In this document: one piece after another, positions 42,899 through 50,473 of the stretch
Layout of the letters: every line of letters begins with the position of its first letter
Position numbering within the stretch: position 1 is the first letter of the stretch
Origin: Candidatus Latescibacterota bacterium
GTDB lineage: Bacteria; Latescibacterota; UBA2968; UBA8231
Assembly: GCA_965215195.1 (NCBI GenBank)
Contig: CBDCDC010000001.1
Span: 672,001-736,000 of the forward strand
DNA length: 64,000 nucleotides
Reading direction: 5' to 3'
The notes under the pieces: generated by a model
What the model saw: the letters and a program-made list of their open reading frames with translations, nothing else
The model's database searches: none
What the model was told of the DNA's origin: nothing
Translations under genes and position numbers: made by a program

Positions 42899-42936
42899 AC
42901 AAACCCATAGCATACAACCCTAACCGAAAGCACCCT

Positions 42937-43686
42937 ATGCTCCACATCGAAAACCTCCACGTCGCCGTTGAAGACACCCCCATCCTGCGCGGTGTCAATC
43001 TAGCCGTAGAACCCGGCGAAATCCACGCCATTATGGGTCCCAACGGCTCGGGCAAAAGCACCCTCGCGCAAGTCTTAGCCGGGCGCGAAGGCTACGACAT
43101 CGCCGAAGGGGCGGTCGCGTACTGCGGCCAAGACCTGCTCGAACTCGCGCCGGAAGAACGGGCGTGTGCCGGGCTGTTCCTCGCCTTCCAATACCCGGTG
43201 GAAATCCCCGGCGTCAACTCCACGTACTTCCTCCGCCAAAGCTACAACGAAATCCGCAAGCAACGCGGCGAGGAGGAGCTCGACGCCATCGACTTTCTCG
43301 GCCTGATCCGCGAAAAGCTGGCCTTGGTCAACATGGACGAGAGCTTCCTCAAGCGGTCAGTCAACGAAGGCTTTTCCGGCGGCGAGAAAAAGCGCCACGA
43401 AATTTTGCAGATGGCCGTGTTGGAACCCAAGCTGTCGATCCTCGACGAGACCGACTCCGGCCTCGACATTGACGCGCTGCGGATCGTCGCCCAAGGCGTC
43501 AATCAGCTCCACGCCCCAGACAAAGCCGTCGTCGTCGTCACGCACTACCAGCGCCTCCTCAACTACATAGTCCCGGACTTCGTCCACGTGCTCTACGAGG
43601 GACGCATCGTCCAGTCGGGCGGCAAGGAACTGGCGCTGACGCTAGAGGAAAAGGGCTACGATTGGGTTAAGGAGCAAGCGGCATGA
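42937..43686 (+). CDS. sufC: Fe-S cluster assembly ATPase SufC
   Basis: [45 protein letters not shown]. Confidence 0.98.
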   Translation: MLHIENLHVAVEDTPILRGVNLAVEPGEIHAIMGPNGSGKSTLAQVLAGREGYDIAEGAVAYCGQDLLELAPEERACAGLFLAFQYPVEIPGVNSTYFLRQSYNEIRKQRGEEELDAIDFLGLIREKLALVNMDESFLKRSVNEGFSGGEKKRHEILQMAVLEPKLSILDETDSGLDIDALRIVAQGVNQLHAPDKAVVVVTHYQRLLNYIVPDFVHVLYEGRIVQSGGKELALTLEEKGYDWVKEQAA

Positions 43687-44969
43687 GCGGCGTTGCCCAT
43701 TATCAGTCGTGCTTTAACGATCTCGTCGGCACAGGTGCGCTGCTGCCGCTGCGCGAGAAGGCCATTGAGCACTTCGCCGCTGCTGGCTTTCCCACGACTA
43801 AAGACGAGGAGTGGGCTTTTACCAACATTGCCCCGCTGACTCGGATCAACTTCGATCTAGCCGCGTCCGCGACTGCACCTGCCGTTCTCGACGACTACCG
43901 CTACGGTCTCAACGGGCTGGTCTTTGTCGATGGCCACTTCGACCCTGCGCATTCCCAACTCAACGGCCTGCCCGACGAGGTGTACATCGAGCGTTTGAGC
44001 ATCGCCTCAGACACCATCATCGTCGCCGCTGTCCTAGGCCAAGCCGCCACCACCGAGGACGAAGCCTTCACCGCACTCAATACCGCCTTTTTGCAAGACG
44101 GTGCGGTCGTCTATCTGTCCTCAGGAGCCGTCGTTGAGCAGCCCATCCACTTGCTGTTTGTCTCTACCGGCCAACGCGCCAACGTCGTTTCCCATCCGCG
44201 CGTCCTCGTGATCGCCGGACCCAATGCCCAAGCAACCGTAGTTGAAAGCTACGTCGGCTTAGGGTCGGAACCGTATCTGACCAACAGCGTCAGCGAATTC
44301 TTCATTGGCCCCAATGCCGTGCTCGACCACTACCGGGTCCAGCGCGAGTCCGCGGCCGCCTTCCACATTGCGGCGACCCACGTGCGCGAGGAACGCGCCG
44401 CCCAATTCCGCTCAACCGCCATCGCGCTGGGAGGCCATCTGACCCGCCACCACGTCCATACCTCCCTAGAGGGCGAAGGCGTTGACTCCACCCTCAACGG
44501 CCTCTACATCGGGGACGGGGTGCAACACGTGGATAACCACACGCTCATCGAACACGCCCAGCCGCACTGCCAGAGCCACGAATTCTACAAGGGGATTCTC
44601 GGGGGGCGGGCCACCGGCGTCTTCCGCGGCAAAATCCACGTTCACCAAGCCGCGCAAAAAACCGACGCGTACCAAGCCAATCAGAATCTCCTACTCTCGC
44701 AGACAGCGCAAATCAACACCAAGCCCCAGCTCGAAATCTACGCCGACGACGTCAAGTGTTCGCACGGAGCCACCATCGGCCAGCTCGACGAAGACGCCCT
44801 CTTTTACTTGCGCTCCCGTGGCATTAGCCACCGCGAGGCCGTCCAAGTGCTGACGCGGGCCTTTGCCGGCGAAGTCCTCGACCGCGTGCGCGTCCCCGCT
44901 CTTAAAGACCAACTCAGCCGGCTAGTAGATCGCCGGCTGGACCAAGCCGCCGCCGGAGTTGCCCGGTGA
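43683..44969 (+). CDS. sufD: Fe-S cluster assembly protein SufD
   Basis: [37 protein letters not shown]. Confidence 0.96.
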   Translation: MSGVAHYQSCFNDLVGTGALLPLREKAIEHFAAAGFPTTKDEEWAFTNIAPLTRINFDLAASATAPAVLDDYRYGLNGLVFVDGHFDPAHSQLNGLPDEVYIERLSIASDTIIVAAVLGQAATTEDEAFTALNTAFLQDGAVVYLSSGAVVEQPIHLLFVSTGQRANVVSHPRVLVIAGPNAQATVVESYVGLGSEPYLTNSVSEFFIGPNAVLDHYRVQRESAAAFHIAATHVREERAAQFRSTAIALGGHLTRHHVHTSLEGEGVDSTLNGLYIGDGVQHVDNHTLIEHAQPHCQSHEFYKGILGGRATGVFRGKIHVHQAAQKTDAYQANQNLLLSQTAQINTKPQLEIYADDVKCSHGATIGQLDEDALFYLRSRGISHREAVQVLTRAFAGEVLDRVRVPALKDQLSRLVDRRLDQAAAGVAR

Positions 44970-46192
44970 CCGCTTCCTTTGACGTAGCCAAGATCCGCCG
45001 CGACTTCCCGGTGCTCGGCGAGAAAATTCGCGGCAAGGACCTCGTCTATTTCGACAACGGCGCGACCACCCAAAAGCCGCTGACGGTCATCTACGCGCTC
45101 CAGCGCTACTACGCCCGCGAAAACGCCAACATCCACCGCGGCGTCCACTTCCTCAGCCAGCAGGCGACCTTTTCTTACGAGCGCGCCCGCGGCCGGGTCG
45201 GCCAGTTTATCAACGCCCGCGAGAGCAGCGAGGTCGTCTTCGTGCGCGGCACCACCGAGGCACTCAATCTGGTGGCCCACAGCTACGGCCGGCCGCAGCT
45301 AGGCCCCAACGACGAGATCATCGTCTCCCAGCTAGAGCACCACTCCAACATCGTGCCGTGGCAAATGCTGTGCGCGGAAAAGGGCGCGCGCCTGCGGGTA
45401 GTGCCCATTAGCGAGACGGGCGAGTTCCTCTTCGACGAATACGAGCGCCTGCTGTCCGAGCGCACCCGCATCGTGGCCATCGCCCACGCTTCCAACGCCC
45501 TCGGCACCATCCTGCCGGTAAAGGAAATCGCCGCCTTGGCCCATCAGCACGGGGCAGTCGCGGTCGTCGATGGGGCACAAGGCGTGCCCCACCTGCCGGT
45601 AGACGTGCAGGACCTCAACTGCGACTTCTACGCCTTTTCCGGGCACAAGCTCTTCGGCCCCACCGGCATCGGCGTGCTCTACGGCAAGCAGGCCCTCCTA
45701 AACGCCATGCCGCCCTACGAAGGCGGCGGCTCCATGATCGAAAAGGTGAGCTTTGCCGGCACCACCTATGCTCCCCCGCCGGCTCGCTTTGAAGCTGGTA
45801 CGCCGCACATTGCCGGCGGCATGGGCTTGGAGGCCGCCATTGATTACGTCAACTCCATAGGCCGCGAGCAGATCGCCGCGTACGAGGCCGACTTGCTCGC
45901 ATACGCAGACGCAGCCCTCGCCACCATCCCGGGCCTGCGCCAGATTGGCACGGCCCGCGAGCGCGTAGCCGTCCTCTCCTTCGCGCTCGGCGACATCCAT
46001 CCGCACGACATCGGCACCATCCTCGACGCCGAGGGCATTGCCGTGCGCGCCGGCCACCACTGCGCCCAGCCGACCATGCAGTTTTACCAAGTGCCGGCTA
46101 CGGTGCGCGCCTCGTTGGCTTTTTACAACACGTGCGAGGAAATTGATGCCCTAGTCTCGGCCTTGCACCAAGTCAAAAAGGTGTTTGGATAG
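44966..46192 (+). CDS. sufS: Cysteine desulfurase SufS
   Basis: YFDNGATTQKP, FSGHKLFGPTG, RAGHHCAQP. Confidence 0.97.
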   Translation: MTASFDVAKIRRDFPVLGEKIRGKDLVYFDNGATTQKPLTVIYALQRYYARENANIHRGVHFLSQQATFSYERARGRVGQFINARESSEVVFVRGTTEALNLVAHSYGRPQLGPNDEIIVSQLEHHSNIVPWQMLCAEKGARLRVVPISETGEFLFDEYERLLSERTRIVAIAHASNALGTILPVKEIAALAHQHGAVAVVDGAQGVPHLPVDVQDLNCDFYAFSGHKLFGPTGIGVLYGKQALLNAMPPYEGGGSMIEKVSFAGTTYAPPPARFEAGTPHIAGGMGLEAAIDYVNSIGREQIAAYEADLLAYADAALATIPGLRQIGTARERVAVLSFALGDIHPHDIGTILDAEGIAVRAGHHCAQPTMQFYQVPATVRASLAFYNTCEEIDALVSALHQVKKVFG

Positions 46193-46217
46193 TAGGGGCG
46201 ACTCTTGTGGTCGCCCT
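46192..46217 (+). repeat. GTAG-type REP, copy 1
   Basis: GTAGGGGCGACTCTTGTGGTCGCCCT; homolog at 59933. Confidence 0.8.
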
Positions 46218-46254
46218 TTGTTTAGACTACACCATACAACAAGGCACTTCGACC

Positions 46255-46707
46255 ATGACTGAGCTTCGCGAGCTGTACCAGCAGATCATCCTCGATCACA
46301 ACAAAAATCCGCGCAACTTCGGCAAGCTGCCCGAGGCCAATCGCATGCAAGAGGGCTACAATCCCCTGTGCGGCGATCACCTGCACGTCTATCTCCACGT
46401 GGCCGACGAGCGGATTGCCGACATTAGCTTTGAGGGGTCGGGCTGCGCCATTTCCAAAGCCTCGGCTTCCCTGATGACCAGTGCGCTCAAGGGCAAGCGT
46501 CCCCACGAGGCGGTTGAGCTATTCGAGCAGTTCCAGCAGATGGTGACCGCAGAGCCGGACGCGCCCGTCGACACCGGGGCCTTGGGCAAGATGGCCGTCT
46601 TCGCTGGGGTGCGCGAGTTCCCTATGCGCGTCAAGTGCGCGACCCTCGCTTGGCACACCGCCAAAGCGGCCATAGAACAAGACCCGTCTCCCGCATCCAC
46701 TGAATAG
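46255..46707 (+). CDS. sufU: SUF system NifU-family protein SufU
   Basis: LYQQIILDHNKNPRN, NPLCGD, GCAISKAS, RVKCATLAWH. Confidence 0.95.
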   Translation: MTELRELYQQIILDHNKNPRNFGKLPEANRMQEGYNPLCGDHLHVYLHVADERIADISFEGSGCAISKASASLMTSALKGKRPHEAVELFEQFQQMVTAEPDAPVDTGALGKMAVFAGVREFPMRVKCATLAWHTAKAAIEQDPSPASTE

Positions 46708-46774
46708 TGGTCTGTCCCTTCCCGACCACACTGATCACTGACCTAAAGACGGCAGATCCCAGAGGAGGTTCTTC

Positions 46775-47113
46775 ATGGAACTATTACACGAAAAAACCTT
46801 TCCCCCCGACTCAACCGAGGCCAAGGTGGTGGCCGTGCTCAAGACCTGCTACGACCCCGAGATTCCGGTCGATATCTTTGCCCTCGGCCTGATCTACGAC
46901 ATTGAGGTCAGCGACGCGCAGGACGTCCACGTGACCATGACCTTGACCTCGCCCGCCTGTCCGGTAGCCGGCACCCTGCCGCCGGAAATTGAGCACAAGA
47001 TCAAGGCCCATGTCCCGGGCATCGCCACGGCCTTGGTCGAGGTCGTGTGGGATCCGCCGTGGACGATAGACATGATGACCGAAGGGGCCAAACTCGAACT
47101 AGGCATGATGTAG
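46775..47113 (+). CDS. DUF59 Fe-S assembly protein (SufT-like)
   Basis: YDPEIPVDIFALGLIY, MTLTSPACP, VWDPPW. Confidence 0.92.
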   Translation: MELLHEKTFPPDSTEAKVVAVLKTCYDPEIPVDIFALGLIYDIEVSDAQDVHVTMTLTSPACPVAGTLPPEIEHKIKAHVPGIATALVEVVWDPPWTIDMMTEGAKLELGMM

Positions 47114-47480
47114 TGCACCAAGGGATCACAACGCCGCGGATTGAGTTTCTAAGAGTAGAGAACTTCCGCGCCTTGCGGAAAATCGAGCTCAGAAGGTGCT
47201 GCTCGGCCCCAACCGTTGACTGAGGCAGGAGATGGCAGTATCGCACTTGGAGTTTCTGGTTGAAGAGGAGTCGATGGGAAGCCGTGCTTTGCGCCTATCC
47301 GAAAGTTTCGCCGAGAATTCCGCGATCCCGATGCCATCGGCGTTTGAGCGAATTTTGCAGAAACGCGGATACTGCAAAACCGGACTGCGGAAGATCGAAG
47401 CGGCCCGAGCCATTGCCGCCCATATTGATCCCGGGCGCAATCGTTCGCACAGCTTCTCAACCTTTTGCTGGTCGCAGAGT
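47113..47480 (+). pseudogene. Collapsed remnant of an ATPase plus DUF4276-like two-gene operon
   Basis: PRIEFLRVENFRALRKIEL (ATPase N-terminus), then MAVSHLEFLVEEESM joined to FERILQKRGYCKTGLRKIEAARAIAAHIDPGRNRSHSF. Confidence 0.72.
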
Positions 47481-47529
47481 TCGCACCGGCTGTTAGTACG
47501 TGCATGAAACTTCAGCGAAAGAAGCGCCC

Positions 47530-47988
47530 ATGAAACTCAGCTCGCGCGAAGAATACGGCTTGCGCTGCCTCTTGCAACTGGCCCGCCAAGCCCCCGGCAG
47601 CCTGACCATCCCGGAAATCAGCCAAGCCGAGGGGATCACCCATCACAACGTCGCCAAGCTGTTGCGCATTCTCCGGCAAGGCGGCTTTGTGGCAAGTGCC
47701 CGCGGCCAGCAAGGCGGGTACGCCCTTGCCAAGCCCCCCCAGCAAATCGCCGTGGCTGACGCGCTCGCCACGCTGGGCGGTCGCCTCTTTGACGACGACT
47801 TCTGCGATCACTTTGCCGGCAGCGCGGATTGCTGTACGCACTCGCTCACAGCGTGCTCAGTGCGCGCGCTGTGGGGGCAAGTGCAGCAGGCCGTCGATCA
47901 AATTTTATCGCGCACAACCCTCGCCGATCTGCTGCAACAAGGCTACGCCTTGGCCGACGAAGAGGCCCTGCTCGATATATCGGCTTAG
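47530..47988 (+). CDS. Rrf2 family transcriptional regulator (IscR-like)
   Basis: MKLSSREEYGLRCL, SARGQQGGYAL, Cys-rich segment. Confidence 0.93.
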   Translation: MKLSSREEYGLRCLLQLARQAPGSLTIPEISQAEGITHHNVAKLLRILRQGGFVASARGQQGGYALAKPPQQIAVADALATLGGRLFDDDFCDHFAGSADCCTHSLTACSVRALWGQVQQAVDQILSRTTLADLLQQGYALADEEALLDISA

Positions 47989-48019
47989 GGGATGATTTTC
48001 AATGGATAGGAGACATCCA

Positions 48020-48219
48020 TTGAAAGAACTCAACCGCATAACGATCAATCCCAACGTCTGCTTGGGACAACCCACTATTCGGGGCATGAGGATCAAAGTG
48101 CTGGCCGGGGGCAAGTCCATCCCGCGTATCCAGAACTCGCAGAAGAAGACGTGCTTCAATCGCTAAGATACGCGGCGTGGGGCCCCTCTGATCAGATTCA
48201 ATTAACGCCAACGCCATAA
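48020..48219 (+). pseudogene. DUF433 pseudogene with internal deletions and frameshift
   Basis: LKELNRITINPNVCLGQPTIRGMRIKVLAGGKSI, frameshift, then AYPELAEEDVLQSLRYAAW; AGGAG RBS. Confidence 0.78.
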
Positions 48220-48289
48220 GCGAAAATTTCGTCGGAATTACAGTTTCTCGCCCACATGAACCATATCCGTGTAGAGGTGGTACGCTAAG

Positions 48290-49786
48290 ATGAAAAAAGT
48301 TTTGCTGTGCTGGATCGGCACCACAGATTTGCGTGCCTCACAAGGAGATGATGTTGGTGAGGGTCCTATTGCACAGGCAGTGGAAAAGCTCGGGTTTGAC
48401 GAGGTATTTTTGATTTCAAACTACCAGTCTGATGACCGTGTAGCCGCGTACGTCGAATGGGCTAAAAAAAGAAGCTCAACGCCGTACCGACTACATAAGG
48501 AGGACCTTTCAAGTCCCACCCACTTTGGCGAAATTTACGAGGCTGCGGTGCGCGTTTGCACAGCAGCTTTGGGCAAACAGCGCGATCAAGTGGAATTGAC
48601 TTTTCATATTAGTCCTGGCACACCGGCCATGGCCGCGGTGTGGATCATCTTGGCGAAAACTCGCTTTCCCGCTGAATTGATCGAGTCGTCAAGAAAATAC
48701 GGCGTTCAGACGGTATCTGTTCCCTTCGATATTTCGGCAGAATTTTTGCCCGACCTTCTGCGCAAACCCGACGAGCAGCTCCGCTCGGCCAGTGCAGAGA
48801 AACCCATAGAATCAGCGAATTTTGCAGACATACACTACCGCAGCGCAGTTATGAAGCGTTTGGTCAAAAAAGTGCAGCGCGTCGCGTTGCGGAACGTTCC
48901 CGTTTTGCTCGAAGGTGAATCTGGCACCGGCAAAGAACTTTTTGCCCGCGCCATTCACCAACACAGCCCGCGAAAGAATGAGCCATTTATCGCGGTGAAC
49001 TGCGGTGCAATTCCGCAATCTCTCGTGGAATCCGAACTGTTTGGGCACGGAAAAGGCGCGTTTACCGACGCAAAGACCCCGCGCAAAGGTCATTTTGAGT
49101 CGGCCAATGGCGGTACACTCTTTTTAGATGAAATCGGCGAGTTGCCCAAAGATATGCAGGTGAGATTGTTGCGCGTCCTCCAAGAAGGCGAGGTTATCCG
49201 GCTCGGTACATCCCAACCCATCAGTGTAGATGTACGCATTGTGGCGGCAACAAACCGGAATCTCATTGAGGAAGTGGGCGAAGGACGATTTCGCGAGGAC
49301 TTGTTTTATCGGATTGCAGTGGCCTATCTCAAATTGCCTCCCTTGCGGGAGCGCCCGGGAGATTTGGGTCTGCTGATCGACCATTTGCTTGAGCAGATCA
49401 ATCGGGAAAACAAGGGACAGCCCGGGTACCGACGTAAAAAAATTTGCGCTGGCGCAAAAAATGTTCTCCTGAACCACGATTGGCCGGGCAATGTACGCGA
49501 GTTGCAAAACACGCTTAGACGCGCCATGGTGTGGGCCGATGGCGACACGCTTACGCAACTAGATATTGAAGAAGCCCTCTTACCTGCGTTTGAAAACCGC
49601 GACGAAGGTATCCTGAATCGCCCATTAGATGGGGATTTTAGCCTGCCCGACCTCATTGGCGAAGTCAAAAGACACTATATTCAGCGTGCCGCAGAGGAAT
49701 TTAAAGAGAAAAAAGAAGCTGCGAAGCGGTTGGGATTGTCTCGTCAGACGTTTAACAACTGGAAGGATAAGCTACTAGACGTTTAA
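48290..49786 (+). CDS. Sigma-54 enhancer-binding protein with N-terminal CARF-like (RtcR-type) sensor domain
   Basis: VLLCWIGTTD and FHISPGTPAM (CARF motifs); GESGTGKE, ESELFG, GAFTDA, LFLDEIGE, WPGNVREL; C-terminal Fis-type HTH. Confidence 0.88.
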   Translation: MKKVLLCWIGTTDLRASQGDDVGEGPIAQAVEKLGFDEVFLISNYQSDDRVAAYVEWAKKRSSTPYRLHKEDLSSPTHFGEIYEAAVRVCTAALGKQRDQVELTFHISPGTPAMAAVWIILAKTRFPAELIESSRKYGVQTVSVPFDISAEFLPDLLRKPDEQLRSASAEKPIESANFADIHYRSAVMKRLVKKVQRVALRNVPVLLEGESGTGKELFARAIHQHSPRKNEPFIAVNCGAIPQSLVESELFGHGKGAFTDAKTPRKGHFESANGGTLFLDEIGELPKDMQVRLLRVLQEGEVIRLGTSQPISVDVRIVAATNRNLIEEVGEGRFREDLFYRIAVAYLKLPPLRERPGDLGLLIDHLLEQINRENKGQPGYRRKKICAGAKNVLLNHDWPGNVRELQNTLRRAMVWADGDTLTQLDIEEALLPAFENRDEGILNRPLDGDFSLPDLIGEVKRHYIQRAAEEFKEKKEAAKRLGLSRQTFNNWKDKLLDV

Positions 49787-49796
49787 CAACTGGAAG
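49746..49796 (+). repeat. Two 20-bp direct repeats with 31-bp period; candidate upstream activator sites
   Basis: AGACGTTTAACAACTGGAAG at 49746-49765 and 49777-49796. Confidence 0.8.
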
Positions 49797-49820
49797 AAGA
49801 AGTGCAAGGGATAGAAGTTT

Positions 49821-49833
49821 TTTCAAAAAATTG
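49821..49833 (+). promoter_or_regulatory. Putative IHF site
   Basis: TTTCAAAAAATTG versus WATCAANNNNTTR, one mismatch; lies between the repeats and the sigma-54 promoter. Confidence 0.45.
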
Positions 49834-49848
49834 GCTTTCTGGTAAGGT

Positions 49849-49864
49849 TGGCACGAAACTTGCT
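49849..49864 (+). promoter_or_regulatory. Sigma-54 (-24/-12) promoter
   Basis: TGGCACGAAACTTGCT matches TGGCACRNNNNTTGCW with GG-N10-GC spacing. Confidence 0.92.
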
Positions 49865-49912
49865 TTTATATGGCCAAGACCATTGCTAACCTAAAAAAGA
49901 AAGGAGGAGGAG

Positions 49913-49993
49913 ATGTGGCCATTCATAGTGTTCCCATTGGCGATATATGCTGGCGAACGCATCATTGATCGAATCATCGATGAGTTGTTCTAG
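49913..49993 (+). CDS. Microprotein 1, 26 aa, MWPFIVFPLAIYAGERIIDRIIDELF
   Basis: First ORF after the sigma-54 promoter; AAGGAGGAGGAG RBS. Confidence 0.65.
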   Translation: MWPFIVFPLAIYAGERIIDRIIDELF

Positions 49994-50006
49994 CGTATCG
50001 TCCAAC

Positions 50007-50044
50007 CTCTCGCTGGGCAGCACCCACTCGTTGCCCAGCGAGAG
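50007..50044. other. Strong intercistronic hairpin
   Basis: CTCTCGCTGGGCA...TGCCCAGCGAGAG, 13-bp perfect stem, no U-tract. Confidence 0.75.
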
Positions 50045-50079
50045 AGCCCCCGTCTAAGCCGAATAGAAAGGATATGGTT

Positions 50080-50238
50080 ATGGCGAGAAGAATCCGCAGT
50101 GACGCACGAATAAGAACTGTCGAGAAAAAGCTGGGAATCGGGAACAGCCTCACGAATCCCAACGGACGAAATGCTCGTTCCGACAAGAAACTTGGGAACC
50201 TGCGCAAGAGTTGGGAAAAGGCTGGTAAGAAGAAATGA
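50080..50238 (+). CDS. Microprotein 2, 52 aa, highly basic, internal RSD repeat
   Basis: MARRIRSDARIRTVEKKLGIGNSLTNPNGRNARSDKKLGNLRKSWEKAGKKK; AAAGGA RBS 7 nt upstream. Confidence 0.78.
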   Translation: MARRIRSDARIRTVEKKLGIGNSLTNPNGRNARSDKKLGNLRKSWEKAGKKK

Positions 50239-50274
50239 AGTGTCGCAATTTCTATAATGAAAGGAGGTGATTCT

Positions 50275-50349
50275 ATGACAAAATGGCTACCGATAGCCCT
50301 TCAGATCGCTCTTGTCATTTTGGACAACTGGCCATCGAAGCGGCGCTAG
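50275..50349 (+). CDS. Microprotein 3, 24 aa, MTKWLPIALQIALVILDNWPSKRR; Ldr/Fst-like hydrophobic peptide
   Basis: Extended SD AAGGAGGTGAT; hydrophobic helix followed by a basic tail. Confidence 0.68.
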   Translation: MTKWLPIALQIALVILDNWPSKRR

Positions 50350-50369
50350 TAGTTTGGGCGCAGTTAACA

Positions 50370-50404
50370 TTTCAGGAGGCGGGGTTCATTCCCGCTTCCT
50401 GAAA
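50370..50404. terminator. Terminator-like hairpin closing the microprotein operon
   Basis: TTTCAGGAGGCGGG-loop-CCCGCTTCCTGAAA; no clear U-tract. Confidence 0.6.
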
Positions 50405-50411
50405 AAATATC

Positions 50412-50440
50412 TTGACATAGCTACTTGTCACACGTAAACT
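50412..50440 (+). promoter_or_regulatory. Sigma-70 promoter with overlapping palindromic operator
   Basis: TTGACA-17nt-TAAACT; TGACA-N8-TGTCA at 50413-50430. Confidence 0.7.
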
Positions 50441-50473
50441 TTTCACGTTTTTTCGCTAACTTGTGAGGAAATT

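Larger units (their letters stand above)
32235..42936 (+). other. Defence island inserted between sufB and sufC
   Basis: Nine co-oriented defence/TA-type genes separate normally adjacent suf genes; no integrase or flanking repeats seen. Confidence 0.85.

Noticed and set aside
42915-42927. CAACCCTAACCGA upstream of sufC, also upstream of coiled-coil copy 2 on the minus strand
   Set aside because: A 13-bp match is too weak to call an attachment site and is absent from the island's left end.
49746-49796. 20-bp direct repeats as mini-CRISPR or target-site duplication
   Set aside because: Only two copies with 11 nt between them.
49871-49887. Second sigma-54-like motif TGGCCAAGACCATTGCT
   Set aside because: GG-to-GC spacing is 11 nt rather than the required 10.
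49974-50207. 77-aa minus-strand ORF from the track
   Set aside because: Antisense to RBS-supported microproteins; no motif or RBS seen.
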